This document shows positions 14,023 to 23,727 of a stretch of 34,600 bases of DNA, piece by piece (within the stretch, counting starts at the first letter, position 1; each line of letters begins with the position of its first letter). The stretch spans positions 1 through 34,600 of the IMG/VR virus record IMGVR_UViG_3300025917_000011; one strand, written 5' to 3'. The position numbers and the translations under genes were made by a program. The notes under the pieces are model-generated. The model was not told the origin of the DNA. It saw only the letters and a program-made list of their open reading frames with translations, and did not search any database. Source of the stretch: a virus.

Positions 14023-14100
14023 ATGGCTACCGCCAAACAGAAAACCGCCGCGCGCAAGAACCTGCGCAAGGCGCGCAAGTCCCGCAAGGTGCGTCGCTGA
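14023..14100 (+). CDS. Micro-ORF, 25 aa, hyper-basic (MATAKQKTAARKNLRKARKSRKVRR).
   Basis: AGGAG lies 7 nt upstream. 21 of 25 third codon positions are G or C. Confidence 0.35.
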   Translation: MATAKQKTAARKNLRKARKSRKVRR

Positions 14101-14103
14101 ACC

Positions 14104-14475
14104 ATGGCGACCCCCGATCTCGGTACGTTGTCCGCTCCGCTCCCCGGTCAAGGTCAGGCCGGGGCAGCGGGCGGCGATCCGTCTGGCGGCAATCCTGCGG
14201 ACGCGGCTGCACCCGCTCCGGCCACGGGACAAGAAAGTCCAGCAGGCAAGATCACACTGGCCAAGACCAAGGTTTCCATTGCGTTGTCCATGTTGAACGC
14301 AACCCTCTCGGACTTCGAGCCGGGATCGCGCGAACACAAGGCGGTCATGGATGTGACGCGGAAACTGGCAAAAGAATTCGCAGGCGCGGGCGCCGCCAAG
14401 CAGTTGGCGCCGTCCGAAGCCGGTATGTTGCAATCGGAGGCGGCCAGCACCGGCGCCGCACAGTTGAATTCATGA
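14104..14475 (+). CDS. Hypothetical virion-module protein, 123 aa, with an Ala/Gly/Pro-rich N-terminus.
   Basis: ORF track; same strand within the late operon. Confidence 0.5.
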   Translation: MATPDLGTLSAPLPGQGQAGAAGGDPSGGNPADAAAPAPATGQESPAGKITLAKTKVSIALSMLNATLSDFEPGSREHKAVMDVTRKLAKEFAGAGAAKQLAPSEAGMLQSEAASTGAAQLNS

Positions 14476-14485
14476 GGATCAGAAC

Positions 14486-14680
14486 ATGGCTGAACGCCCG
14501 AACAACCTCACCCCTGAAACCAACGGTTTGCGTCCGCCGGACACGAACGAGAAGCGCTATGGCAACCTGATCAACGGGCCGCGCTTCCCTGAATTCGGCG
14601 GCGCTGAAGCCGTCAACAAGATCGTGAAGCGTGCGCCGTATGGCCGCATCGCCCACGTCGGTCGCCGGGGCAAGCCGTAA
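14486..14680 (+). CDS. Hypothetical protein, 64 aa.
   Basis: ORF track; GAGGA lies 7 nt upstream. Confidence 0.5.
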   Translation: MAERPNNLTPETNGLRPPDTNEKRYGNLINGPRFPEFGGAEAVNKIVKRAPYGRIAHVGRRGKP

Positions 14681-14922
14681 TGGCAACCCCGCAACATCCC
14701 GCAGGGACCGCGCCGCAAGGTCGCCCGAATGCCCAAGGCATGTCGCAGGGCACCTACACGGGCAACGTGGGATTCTCGCGCGGCACCACGGACCTTGTTT
14801 CCAGAGGCGCAAGCCTGCCTTCAACCAAGGCGGCTGCGCCAACCCCTGCCCCGACTCCCGTTGCACAACCCGTTGCGCCGCCGCCTTCACGTCCGCGTTT
14901 TCTCGGCTCCGTTTCTTTTTGA
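14680..14922 (+). CDS. Hypothetical Pro/Ala-rich protein, 80 aa.
   Basis: ORF track; TAATG start-stop overlap. Confidence 0.45.
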   Translation: MATPQHPAGTAPQGRPNAQGMSQGTYTGNVGFSRGTTDLVSRGASLPSTKAAAPTPAPTPVAQPVAPPPSRPRFLGSVSF

Positions 14923-14925
14923 TGG

Positions 14926-15468
14926 ATGGATGATCCCATGGCAGACCTTAGCAACGAACAGAAAATCCAGCTTTTCGATGAAGTGTCGAAGGACAAGGGC
15001 CTGTATCGCCAGATCGTGAAAAAGCTGGCGGACGCCCATCCCGAAACCTACATCCCGGAAGTGGAATTGGGCAACCAGATCGAAGCCGCCAAGGCGGAGC
15101 ACGCCACAGCGCTTGAATCATTGCGCGCGGAGTTGCAGGCCGAAAAGGATGCACGCGTCGCCGCCGAGGCGATGATCAAAATCAAGCAGGAACATGGTGT
15201 CGATGATGTGCAGTTGGGCGAAGTCGCGCAGTTCATGCAACAGAACCACATCGAGGATTTCGATGCGGGTCTGAAATTCAAGCGGCTGTCCGATGCGGAA
15301 GCGGTGCGCGCCAACACGCGGATCGAAGATCGAACCAGCATGAAACTTCCGGCGCAGTTTGCGGAAGCAGTCAAAAATCGTCGCGGCTACCGCCGCAAGA
15401 AGTTGTACGAAGGCATCGACGAACTGCGCAAGCAGGGCGCACGCGCCGCCATCCTCGCCACCAACTAA
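14926..15468 (+). CDS. Scaffolding protein (putative).
   Basis: 180 aa, charged and helical in composition, immediately upstream of the major capsid gene. Positional call. Confidence 0.55.
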   Translation: MDDPMADLSNEQKIQLFDEVSKDKGLYRQIVKKLADAHPETYIPEVELGNQIEAAKAEHATALESLRAELQAEKDARVAAEAMIKIKQEHGVDDVQLGEVAQFMQQNHIEDFDAGLKFKRLSDAEAVRANTRIEDRTSMKLPAQFAEAVKNRRGYRRKKLYEGIDELRKQGARAAILATN

Positions 15469-15483
15469 TCAGGAATCGCCGTC

Positions 15484-16491
15484 ATGCCAACGCTCGGCAC
15501 AGGCATCATACCCTCTGGCGCACTTGGTGCCCAGCTCTCCGCTGTCACCCGGCGCGGCATCACCGAAGATGCCATTGTTGCCTTGTACCAGGCATCGCCC
15601 ACGCTGGCGATCTTGTTCTCCAAGGCCAATGCGGCTTCGGGCGGTGTCTCGTCCGTCACGGTCCCGGTGCAGTTGCAGCCGATGACTTCGGGTTCGTGGA
15701 CCGACTTCGGGGGCACCTTCCCAGCGCCGCAAGTAATGGCGGGCATGGTTCCGGCAGAATTCAACCTCAAGGGGTTGGTGGTGCCGGTTCCGCTGTTGGG
15801 CATGCAAACCATGGTACAGGTGGATGAAACCGTGGTGAGCTTGCTCGAAGCCACCATGGACGATGCCAGCAATCAGGCTGTGCAAATCCTGACCACCGCA
15901 TTGTTCAACAACAGCACGAACAACCAGCAGTTGATGGGCCTGCCTGCCGCGATCAGCGCCACGGGCACCTACGGCGGCATCAATCGCGCGACCTACACGA
16001 ACTGGCAGGCCATCGCGATTGCCGAGGGCGCCGTTGCGCCGACCCGCAATTCGGTGCTGCTCGACATCATCAAGGTTATTGCCGGTCAAGCGGGCGGCCC
16101 CGGTGGCGAACGTCCGACCTTCGGCGTGATGGGTCCGCTGACGTGGCACAAGCTGGCCACGGACTTCGCGGCGGAAGAGCGCTACAACGTCAATCCGGGC
16201 GGCTCGTACGCCGATGGCGAATTCGGCGCACAGGCGATGTTCCAAGCCCTTTCCGTGGGCGGGGTGCCGATCTACCTCGACGCCAACATGACGGAAGGCG
16301 ATGCGTACTATCTCAATGAGAATTACGTCTCGCTGTACTGCCATCAGGACGTGAGCTTCGGATTCACGGGCTTTGAATCCACACTGATCAACAACCAGAT
16401 CGGTTTCATCGGCGCATTGCTCTCTCTGCTCGAACTGGTGGTGAGCAAGCCGTCCACGAACGCCGTCGCCACCGGCTACACCCACTCTTGA
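15484..16491 (+). CDS. Major capsid protein.
   Basis: 335 aa, located after the scaffold. The sequence character is capsid-like (ATGTYGGINRATYTNWQ, PTFGVMGP, VPIYLDANM). No search was run. Confidence 0.8.
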   Translation: MPTLGTGIIPSGALGAQLSAVTRRGITEDAIVALYQASPTLAILFSKANAASGGVSSVTVPVQLQPMTSGSWTDFGGTFPAPQVMAGMVPAEFNLKGLVVPVPLLGMQTMVQVDETVVSLLEATMDDASNQAVQILTTALFNNSTNNQQLMGLPAAISATGTYGGINRATYTNWQAIAIAEGAVAPTRNSVLLDIIKVIAGQAGGPGGERPTFGVMGPLTWHKLATDFAAEERYNVNPGGSYADGEFGAQAMFQALSVGGVPIYLDANMTEGDAYYLNENYVSLYCHQDVSFGFTGFESTLINNQIGFIGALLSLLELVVSKPSTNAVATGYTHS

Positions 16492-16501
16492 GGATCGAAC
16501 C

Positions 16502-16804
16502 ATGAGCCTGATTTCCAGCAAGATGATCCTCGCGAACAACCCGGTTGCATTGGGTGGCGAAGGTTCGGCCTACACTGCCATGCAGACCAACGTGTTTGCG
16601 GGGGCGGGCAATTTCCTGTTGCCCAGTGGCGATTGGTGGATCGTTCCGAATGCGGATATTTCCGTCCAGATCACGACCGATGGGGGCACCACGTGGGTGA
16701 CCATCGCTGCGGCCAATGCCGGGTGCTTCATCCGTTCGGATGGGGTGGCCGTGCGTCTGGTGGCCAGTGCGGCGACGACCGCCGATTTCTTCGGTCCAGC
16801 CTGA
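16502..16804 (+). CDS. Small structural protein, 100 aa; possible decoration protein.
   Basis: ORF track; directly follows the capsid gene. Contains one Asp-box-like motif, TTDGGTTW. Confidence 0.55.
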   Translation: MSLISSKMILANNPVALGGEGSAYTAMQTNVFAGAGNFLLPSGDWWIVPNADISVQITTDGGTTWVTIAAANAGCFIRSDGVAVRLVASAATTADFFGPA

Positions 16805-16820
16805 CCGGTGGGACGCATGA

Positions 16821-17933
16821 ATGGCCCTGACCTCCGCATTCGCGCATCGACGGGATTGGCTCGCTGATTACCTGTTCGACGTAAGGTTCCTGTTGCACGA
16901 TACGTCCGGAAATTACTTTCAGGACTCGGAACTCGTTGCCTACATCAATGAAGCACGCACCACGGTATGCGTCGATACCGGCTGTCTGCGCAAGCTCCTG
17001 GCCGTCACCCTGCCGGGTGGCATCGAAACCTTCTCCATCGGTGGCGTATTCGCCATCCCCGCCAATACCGCACCGCCGGTGGGCGGCGTTGCGCCCTATT
17101 CGCTGGTAAGCGGCGGCGGCGCCACGGCTACGGCCAACATCACCACGGTCCCGCTGACCGTGACGGTCACCAACGCCGGAAAGTATTACCAACCGCCCTT
17201 GGTGACGTTCGACGTGGGCGCGCCGGGCATTGCGCTGGGCGCTTCGGGCACGGCGGTTTTGAACGCCACGAACGGTGTTGCCAGCGTCTACGTTGATTTC
17301 GACAATGGCTCGTTCAACAATGCCGGGCTCACGCCGAACGTGATCTTTACGCCGGTGGGGCAGCCCGCGCAGTTGGATGTGGTGGGCGGCTTTCTCAATC
17401 TCACCAGTTTCGGTTCCGGACAATCAGGCGGCGTCTACATTCAGGACAGCGCCGCCACGCCCGTCCTGACGGCCCTGAATGGCGTTTCGATCCTTGATGC
17501 CGACATTGCCTCGATTGATCAGGTGACGGTGTTGTGGGGCAGCCAGCGCGTGCCTTTGCGCAATTACGCCTACAGCGACTTCAGTGTGCAGGTGCGCGGC
17601 ATCGTGGGCTTCCAGTCGGTGCCGGTGGCGTTTTCCATGTACGCCGACAAGCTCTACATTGGTCCGATCCCGAACCAATCCTACGCGTACGAACTCGACT
17701 GCATCATGTACCCGGCGCCGTTGCTGGATTTTTCGACCATGGGCGAGATCAATGATCGTTCATCCATCATGGCGGTCAAGTATTACGCGGCGTTCCGCGC
17801 ACGCATGAGCCAAGGCGATGCCGCCGCCGCCGAGGCGTTCTTCCAGTTGTATGGGCAGCGCATCGGCTGGTCCGCCAACCGCTTCACCACGCGGCTGTCG
17901 CAATTGTTCCCCGACAACGAGAACTTGGAGTGA
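16821..17933 (+). CDS. Virion structural protein, 370 aa; possible head-tail adaptor or tail tubular protein.
   Basis: ORF track. The position matches the adaptor or tubular-protein slot in podovirus gene order. The function is inferred from position only. Confidence 0.6.
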   Translation: MALTSAFAHRRDWLADYLFDVRFLLHDTSGNYFQDSELVAYINEARTTVCVDTGCLRKLLAVTLPGGIETFSIGGVFAIPANTAPPVGGVAPYSLVSGGGATATANITTVPLTVTVTNAGKYYQPPLVTFDVGAPGIALGASGTAVLNATNGVASVYVDFDNGSFNNAGLTPNVIFTPVGQPAQLDVVGGFLNLTSFGSGQSGGVYIQDSAATPVLTALNGVSILDADIASIDQVTVLWGSQRVPLRNYAYSDFSVQVRGIVGFQSVPVAFSMYADKLYIGPIPNQSYAYELDCIMYPAPLLDFSTMGEINDRSSIMAVKYYAAFRARMSQGDAAAAEAFFQLYGQRIGWSANRFTTRLSQLFPDNENLE

Positions 17934-17936
17934 GCC

Positions 17937-19091
17937 GTGGCCAACGAACAACAGGGTCAGGCCGCGCCACCTTCCAAGACGCTCATCGAGCGTAATTTCC
18001 AGTCGGTCAACATTTCGACGTCGCCCACATCCTTGCGGGATGGTGAGTGTGCACAACTTGAAAACCTGATGCCCTACGCGCCCGGCAATCTCGCTGTGGT
18101 GCCGGGGCAGTTGTTCCAGTCCACGGTGCCCGTCTTGAACTCACAATGGTGGGCGACAGTCACGGGGTCCAACACGCTGTATTACAGCAATGACCTTGTG
18201 ACGTGGAACACCACGACGCGGACGCCCAATGTTTCGTCATCTTCCACGATGGCCCCTTTGGGGACGGGACCGGGCAAAACCGTGATTTTCAGCAACGGCA
18301 CGAACAACGACGAAGTCATTACCAATTTCGGTTTCCCGATTACGACCACGCTGGGCACAGCAGCATTCAATCCAAATGTGGCGCAGTATTACCCCGATAT
18401 CAACGCAATCATTGCGCTGCAATATGCTGGCGCTGGCGGAAGTTCAGGAGCGACTTCTGTATGGATTTCGACGGACGGCGGCAAAACATTTCAGTCGTAT
18501 GCGTTGCCGGGGCCGGGAGCGGTAGGCATTACGCGCCTCAACAATGGCCGATGGTTGATAATTGACGGGCCAGCTTCTGGCGCAACGAGTTTATTTCGAT
18601 ATACCGAATCTTCGCTTCCTACGGGCGGATGGATAACGGGAGGCGGACTCGTTCCCGCGCCGCCCCCTTACTTTAATGCCTATTCCGGGATTGCATCCAA
18701 CGGAATCACGGCAGTCGTCCTTGACAATGCGCAACACGCCTATTACACGACCGACGGCGTAACGATTACTTCGGTCAATACCCCCTCTCCACCCCATGAT
18801 TCTCATCCTTACGACGCATGCGCGACCAACGGCAACACGTTCGTATTCGGATTGGATGGGGGAACTCCGGCCAATGTTTTGCAAAGCATCGACGCTGGAT
18901 TAACGTGGAACGCGCGCGCACTTCCCTACGCATCATCCAACCCAACCATGATGCGCTATGGAAACGGCGCGTTTGTATTGAGCACCACAACCACTAAGCC
19001 CATCATGAGCACGGATGATGGCGTCACGTGGACTTCGATTGCTGCGCTACCCGCTGGTGCCCAAGTGGCGCCTGTGGAGTTTATTTCGTGA
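17937..19091 (+). CDS. BNR/Asp-box beta-propeller structural protein, 384 aa.
   Basis: Five Asp-box-like motifs are spread along the protein: SNDLVTW, STDGGKTF, TTDGVTI, SIDAGLTW, STDDGVTW. GTG start. Confidence 0.65.
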   Translation: MANEQQGQAAPPSKTLIERNFQSVNISTSPTSLRDGECAQLENLMPYAPGNLAVVPGQLFQSTVPVLNSQWWATVTGSNTLYYSNDLVTWNTTTRTPNVSSSSTMAPLGTGPGKTVIFSNGTNNDEVITNFGFPITTTLGTAAFNPNVAQYYPDINAIIALQYAGAGGSSGATSVWISTDGGKTFQSYALPGPGAVGITRLNNGRWLIIDGPASGATSLFRYTESSLPTGGWITGGGLVPAPPPYFNAYSGIASNGITAVVLDNAQHAYYTTDGVTITSVNTPSPPHDSHPYDACATNGNTFVFGLDGGTPANVLQSIDAGLTWNARALPYASSNPTMMRYGNGAFVLSTTTTKPIMSTDDGVTWTSIAALPAGAQVAPVEFIS

Positions 19092-20449
19092 CCGCCATTG
19101 CCAACATGTGGACGTTCGACAAGGTGAATGGCGAAAGCCAGATCATCTTGCAAATGGATGATGGATCGATCTTCCAAGCTCACCTTGTGAATCCTCCGCC
19201 GTGGACATGGAACCTGATCGTCACGGCAGGGGGCACCACGGTAGGCGGCTTGCACTTCACCAAATGGACAGGCGCTGATTCCCAAGGCAATCCCGAAGCC
19301 CTCTTGTGGGTGGATACCGTGAAGGGCTACGGATCATGGGATGGCACGACGTGGAAGGTCTTGCAGGCAGGCGTCACGGGCCAAGCCATCGCCGTGTACG
19401 CGGGTCGCGTCTGGATTGCATCGGCCATGGAAATCCTGTTCACGGCGCCCGATGCCTACAACGATTTCAATGCCGCCGATTACGCAGGCGGATTCCAGCT
19501 TACCGATCCGACAATGCAAGGGCCGGTGCATTCATTGCAGGTTGCACAAGGCTGGTTGTACCTGATCGGCTGGGGCATGATGGCCCTCAACAACGTGCAG
19601 GTGCAATCGGTTGCCGGATCAACGGTGCTTGTCACGACGTACTACCTGACGCCTGTATCGTCCAGCATTTCCATTGCCAATGATCGTGCGGCTTTGGTTT
19701 GGGACAATACCCTGTTCGTGGTTTCGACCACGGGGTTGTGGGCGTATTCGGGACTGAACGGACAGATCGTCAGCGCCAACATGGGCGACAATTTCTCGGG
19801 TACGCAAACAATGTTTGCGGCGACCGTCTATGGCAAGAATCTGATCGTCCTTTCGTCCGGCTACGTGTTCATGCTGGAAGGACAACAATGGTTTACGATG
19901 ATCGGCGATGCACAAGGCTGGGTTGCAACATCCTATTTCATTGAGGATACGACACAATCTCTCGTGGTTGCCAACAACCAAATTTTGAAGTTCGGTGCAG
20001 ACTTCACCACGGCGCGCGCTTGTACGATGGTGACGAAGTTGTACGATGCCGGGAACGCTTCCATCAACAAGCAGGTCTTGAAGATGGGGGTCGAGTTGTT
20101 CCCCAACGAATTGCTGCAACCCGTCCCGACTTCGCTTTCAATCTCCTTGACCCTGCAATTGCTAGGGTACGTCTCGCGGTCGCAGGCAGTGAACATGCTG
20201 CAAAGCGTCAACAATTTGCTCCCGCAGAACATGTTCCTTCCAACCACGGTGAACATGCTGGATCGTTATTTTTCGTTGAGCGCGCAGTTGACGGCTTCAC
20301 CTGGCACATCCATCGGCGCGTGTTTCTTCCAGTTCATGGATTCGACGCCGTGGCCGAACCGCAACATCATCGTCGATACGATCCTGCCCAACCCCAGCCC
20401 GAGCGTCACCGTCGATCAGTCTCCCGTCACGATCCTTGTGCAAAATTGA
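19088..20449 (+). CDS. Virion structural protein; tail tubular/nozzle-like candidate.
   Basis: ORF 19028..20449. The GTG at 19088 overlaps the upstream stop (GTGA); alternative starts are 19028 and 19106. The repetitive beta-strand-like sequence suggests a propeller. Confidence 0.6.
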   Translation: MTAIANMWTFDKVNGESQIILQMDDGSIFQAHLVNPPPWTWNLIVTAGGTTVGGLHFTKWTGADSQGNPEALLWVDTVKGYGSWDGTTWKVLQAGVTGQAIAVYAGRVWIASAMEILFTAPDAYNDFNAADYAGGFQLTDPTMQGPVHSLQVAQGWLYLIGWGMMALNNVQVQSVAGSTVLVTTYYLTPVSSSISIANDRAALVWDNTLFVVSTTGLWAYSGLNGQIVSANMGDNFSGTQTMFAATVYGKNLIVLSSGYVFMLEGQQWFTMIGDAQGWVATSYFIEDTTQSLVVANNQILKFGADFTTARACTMVTKLYDAGNASINKQVLKMGVELFPNELLQPVPTSLSISLTLQLLGYVSRSQAVNMLQSVNNLLPQNMFLPTTVNMLDRYFSLSAQLTASPGTSIGACFFQFMDSTPWPNRNIIVDTILPNPSPSVTVDQSPVTILVQN

Positions 20450-20452
20450 CCC

Positions 20453-22213
20453 ATGGCCATCATTGTCTCCAACGAAAGCAGCCTTGAGCGCGATCCGATG
20501 CAGGAAGCGATCCAGCAGGCACTTGCGGGCATGGACCTCTCACGCGTGCAGGATTCTCGGGCGGCGTTTCGCTACGCCGTATCATCTGTGGATCAAGGCA
20601 ATGTACCGACACTGGTCGGTGCGCAGACGGGCGGCAATTCAGGCACGTTGGGACCGACTTCGCCTGTAACGATCATCGGCGAAGATTCCATTGTCACCAC
20701 CACGACAGCCAACCTGACCACCATCAAACTGGTCAGCGATCAAGGCGGCGGGGGCTTGCCCGGCAACACGTACTACTACGGCACTGGGCCTACGGGCGTT
20801 AAAGGGTTCTACACGGTCGCCTCCACTATGGCCGTGGCATCCACCAGTCGCTTGACCGACACGGTTGGCAGCAATGGCGTATCGACCTTCGATCTTGCGA
20901 CGGTTGCCGATTCCGGCACCGGTAGTTTGCTGGCGCTGGTGAAGGACGCATGGGGCCGCATCACGGGCACCAAGGCGGCGACTATCACGGGCACCGCAGG
21001 ACGTGTCACGGTCGCCAATGGCAACGCCTCGGCAGGTTTGCCCACGATTGACCTTGCCACCACAGCCGTCACGGCAGGAAGCTATGGCGACGCCACGCAC
21101 GTTGCAACCTTCACCGTGGATGCCTATGGAAGGCTGACGGTGGCAGGATCAACGGCTATCGCTTTCCCTTCATCGTTGCCCCCTTCAGGCCCAGCAGGTG
21201 GAAGCCTCGCGGGCACCTACCCCAACCCATCGATTGCCAACAGTGGCGTGACAGCGGCAGCGTATGGTGATTCGACGCATGTGGCGACCTTTACTGTAGG
21301 CACCGATGGGCGCTTGACGGTCGCGGGGAGCACGGCTATCGCCTTCCCCGTCACGTCCGTATTCGGGCGCACAGGTGCTGTGATCGCTGCGGCGAATGAC
21401 TACACCTTTGCGCAGATCGGCAGCAAGCCGACAACGGTTGCAGGCTATGGCATCACGAACGCGCTGGTGACCACGAACAATCTTTCGGACGTTGCCAGCG
21501 CGTCAACTTCGCGCACCAATCTGGGCATCGTGATTCCCCAAGGCTACATCGACGGCCTGCAAATGCAGTGGGTGAGCGGGACGTCGATCACGGTCACCAG
21601 CGGCAATGCCTACATTCCGAGTCTTGCGAATGTGCTGGCATGTCCTAATGCCATGACGCTTTCGGGTCTTTCACTCACGGCCTCGACTTGGTATCACATT
21701 TACCTTTACAGCAACGCCGGAACGCCTGCGATTGAATGCGTGACGACGGTGCCGGTTCTGTACAACGGCACGGCGTACCAGAAAACGGGGGACAACTCAC
21801 GTCGGTATGTGGGGAGTGTGCGCACCAATGCAAGTGCCAGTATCCAGCCCTTTCAGATGGATTCAGGTGGAAACATATTTTATGGTGTTCCTCCAAATAC
21901 TAATGGGTTGCGTGCTTTGTCAAATGGCATGGCGACAACGAGAACTGCGTTCTCGGTTGGGATTGGGATACCTGTTACGGCAACATATTGCATATTTGAA
22001 CTAACTAACACTGATACTAGCGTTTTTGTAAATTTCGGGAATCCTATGAACCCGTCGCCCGGAGGGGTATTAGGTGTTGCGCCTGGAGGACCTCGAGCAG
22101 GGGCAATAGTGAGTTTCACGTGTGATGATAATCAAAATGTTGATTACTTTTATACCAGTTCTCCAACAAGTGGATTTTATCTTGACATTTATGGGTATCA
22201 CGCAAATCGTTAG
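20453..22213 (+). CDS. Tail fibre protein.
   Basis: Duplicated motif [11 protein letters not shown]...[14 protein letters not shown]. Also [21 protein letters not shown] and [17 protein letters not shown], which resemble conserved tail-fibre shaft motifs. The C-terminal part is low in GC. Confidence 0.8.
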   Translation: MAIIVSNESSLERDPMQEAIQQALAGMDLSRVQDSRAAFRYAVSSVDQGNVPTLVGAQTGGNSGTLGPTSPVTIIGEDSIVTTTTANLTTIKLVSDQGGGGLPGNTYYYGTGPTGVKGFYTVASTMAVASTSRLTDTVGSNGVSTFDLATVADSGTGSLLALVKDAWGRITGTKAATITGTAGRVTVANGNASAGLPTIDLATTAVTAGSYGDATHVATFTVDAYGRLTVAGSTAIAFPSSLPPSGPAGGSLAGTYPNPSIANSGVTAAAYGDSTHVATFTVGTDGRLTVAGSTAIAFPVTSVFGRTGAVIAAANDYTFAQIGSKPTTVAGYGITNALVTTNNLSDVASASTSRTNLGIVIPQGYIDGLQMQWVSGTSITVTSGNAYIPSLANVLACPNAMTLSGLSLTASTWYHIYLYSNAGTPAIECVTTVPVLYNGTAYQKTGDNSRRYVGSVRTNASASIQPFQMDSGGNIFYGVPPNTNGLRALSNGMATTRTAFSVGIGIPVTATYCIFELTNTDTSVFVNFGNPMNPSPGGVLGVAPGGPRAGAIVSFTCDDNQNVDYFYTSSPTSGFYLDIYGYHANR

Positions 22214-22257
22214 TAAATCAACATGATTGAATAAATTTAGAGAACACTCACCGAAAC

Positions 22258-22527
22258 ATGAAACAGGGGTTTGAAGTGGATGATTTCGACATTCAGAGAT
22301 TCCTCGGCGCCATTGATGCGAGGACAACGATGCTTGAGAAACGGGTAGCCATCATCGAGCATGAAATCAAGGATGAACTTCGCCTGATTACTGGCAAGAT
22401 CGACCAGATCAATGCCATCGTGACCGCCAACACGGGCGGCAGGCGGGCCATCGCGTGGTTCTGCGCCTTGCTGGCCACGACCGTGGCGCTCCTGACCACG
22501 CTTTATCACATGGGCGTCATTCGTTGA
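22258..22527 (+). CDS. XhlA-like protein: coiled coil plus a C-terminal transmembrane anchor.
   Basis: Architecture only: N-terminal heptad-like region and C-terminal AIAWFCALLATTVALLTTL. Confidence 0.5.
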   Translation: MKQGFEVDDFDIQRFLGAIDARTTMLEKRVAIIEHEIKDELRLITGKIDQINAIVTANTGGRRAIAWFCALLATTVALLTTLYHMGVIR

Positions 22528-22745
22528 TGAGAAATGTGCTCGCCAGTTTGTTCAAGCAAACCAACGGCACATGGGATTTGTCGCGCGTCCTGATGGCGTG
22601 CATGGCGCTGGCCTTCATCGGGCAGAGCGCCTACGCACTGTGGCGCGGGCAAGCGTTCGACTGGCAATCCTTCGGGATCGGCGCGGGGGCGATCACGGGC
22701 GGCGGCGGTGCAGGCGTCTGGATGCACGGGAAGTCGCCCCAATGA
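22527..22745 (+). CDS. Small two-TM membrane protein, 72 aa; holin-like candidate.
   Basis: ORF 22455..22745 trimmed to the ATG overlapping the upstream TGA. Hydrophobic segments are VLMACMALAFIGQSAYALW and FGIGAGAITGGGGAGVWM. Confidence 0.45.
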   Translation: MRNVLASLFKQTNGTWDLSRVLMACMALAFIGQSAYALWRGQAFDWQSFGIGAGAITGGGGAGVWMHGKSPQ

Positions 22746-23143
22746 GAAAGTTGAACGATCTTGAAGTGATCCTGCGCGCCGATGAAATACGCGCCATGGC
22801 AACCCGTATCGTGCGCAAAGTCGAAGGTATCCCGATTCCAACGCCAACGTTGATGCTTGATCTTGTCCAGCGGGGCATCCTGCACGCATGGGAGCACGCC
22901 GGGACGCTGGGGCTGGTGCAAGTGCATTGCCAAGGCCCCCGCATCCTTGCCCGCGTCTGCTATGCGGCGGGCGACTTGAAAGGCGTCCTTCGGTGGTACG
23001 ATGCGTGGGAAGCCGAGTGCAGGCGCTACCGGGTCGATGAAATCCGGATTGGCGGCCGTCCCGGCTGGTTGCGCGTGAGCCGGAAATTGAAGCGCGGATT
23101 CGAGGCCACGGACGACGGCGACATCATCAAGAGATTATGCTGA
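22742..23143 (+). CDS. Hypothetical protein, 133 aa.
   Basis: ORF 22571..23143 trimmed to the ATG overlapping the upstream stop (ATGA). Confidence 0.5.
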   Translation: MRKLNDLEVILRADEIRAMATRIVRKVEGIPIPTPTLMLDLVQRGILHAWEHAGTLGLVQVHCQGPRILARVCYAAGDLKGVLRWYDAWEAECRRYRVDEIRIGGRPGWLRVSRKLKRGFEATDDGDIIKRLC

Positions 23144-23727
23144 TGGGCGGCAAAGGCGGTTCCTCACAGCCTTCACAAACCCCTGCCGAGGCCATGGCCT
23201 ATCAGCAGGCGCAACCGTTCCTGCAAGAGTACAACTCGGGCAAGCTCAACGTGCCCAATCAAGCGGTCGCCAACCTTGCCGACACCAACCAGACCGCCAG
23301 TACGCTGCAACAGTTCGCCAACAGCGGCATGCTGGGCGATTCGTCCCTTGCCAATCTTGTCGGTACAGTCAAGAAAGGGGATGCATCGGGCGGCATGCAG
23401 GCCGGGGCGGGCAGCGTGATCGACCTTTCCAAGCTCTCACTGACCCAACAAATCCTGCAAACGGACCTCAATACCGGCATGGCTTACTTGTCGATTTCCA
23501 GTGGGCAGGCCGCTGATCTTGCGGGCGTGCAGCAGGAACAAAGCGCCGCCCTGGCGAATGCGTTGGGTAAAGCCGCTGATTCCGCCGCAGGCATCCTTTC
23601 CAGTTCCGGCCAAACGCCGCAGGCGGGAACTGACATGTCCACCGGCTACACGGGCGCATCCTCCGTGGGCGACTTGTGGGCGACGGGCGGCAGTTCCGAA
23701 TTGGCTCCTGATATGGCGACCGCATGA
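23137..23727 (+). CDS. Internal virion protein candidate, 196 aa, Gln/Ser/Ala/Gly-rich.
   Basis: ORF track. Position and composition resemble podovirus internal core proteins. The ATG at 23143 is an alternative start. Confidence 0.55.
   Translation: MLMGGKGGSSQPSQTPAEAMAYQQAQPFLQEYNSGKLNVPNQAVANLADTNQTASTLQQFANSGMLGDSSLANLVGTVKKGDASGGMQAGAGSVIDLSKLSLTQQILQTDLNTGMAYLSISSGQAADLAGVQQEQSAALANALGKAADSAAGILSSSGQTPQAGTDMSTGYTGASSVGDLWATGGSSELAPDMATA

Noticed and set aside
21061-21350. The internal duplicated segment of the tail fibre as a template/variable repeat pair of a diversity-generating retroelement.
   Set aside because: The two copies are diverged throughout rather than adenine-specific, both lie inside the same ORF as shaft repeats, and no reverse transcriptase is encoded.
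22742-23143. Calling the 133-aa protein a GNAT acetyltransferase because of its C-terminal IGGRPGWLRVSRKLKRGFE.
   Set aside because: Only a vague resemblance to the GNAT C-terminus. No acetyl-CoA-binding Q/RxxGxG/A motif was seen, so it is left as hypothetical.
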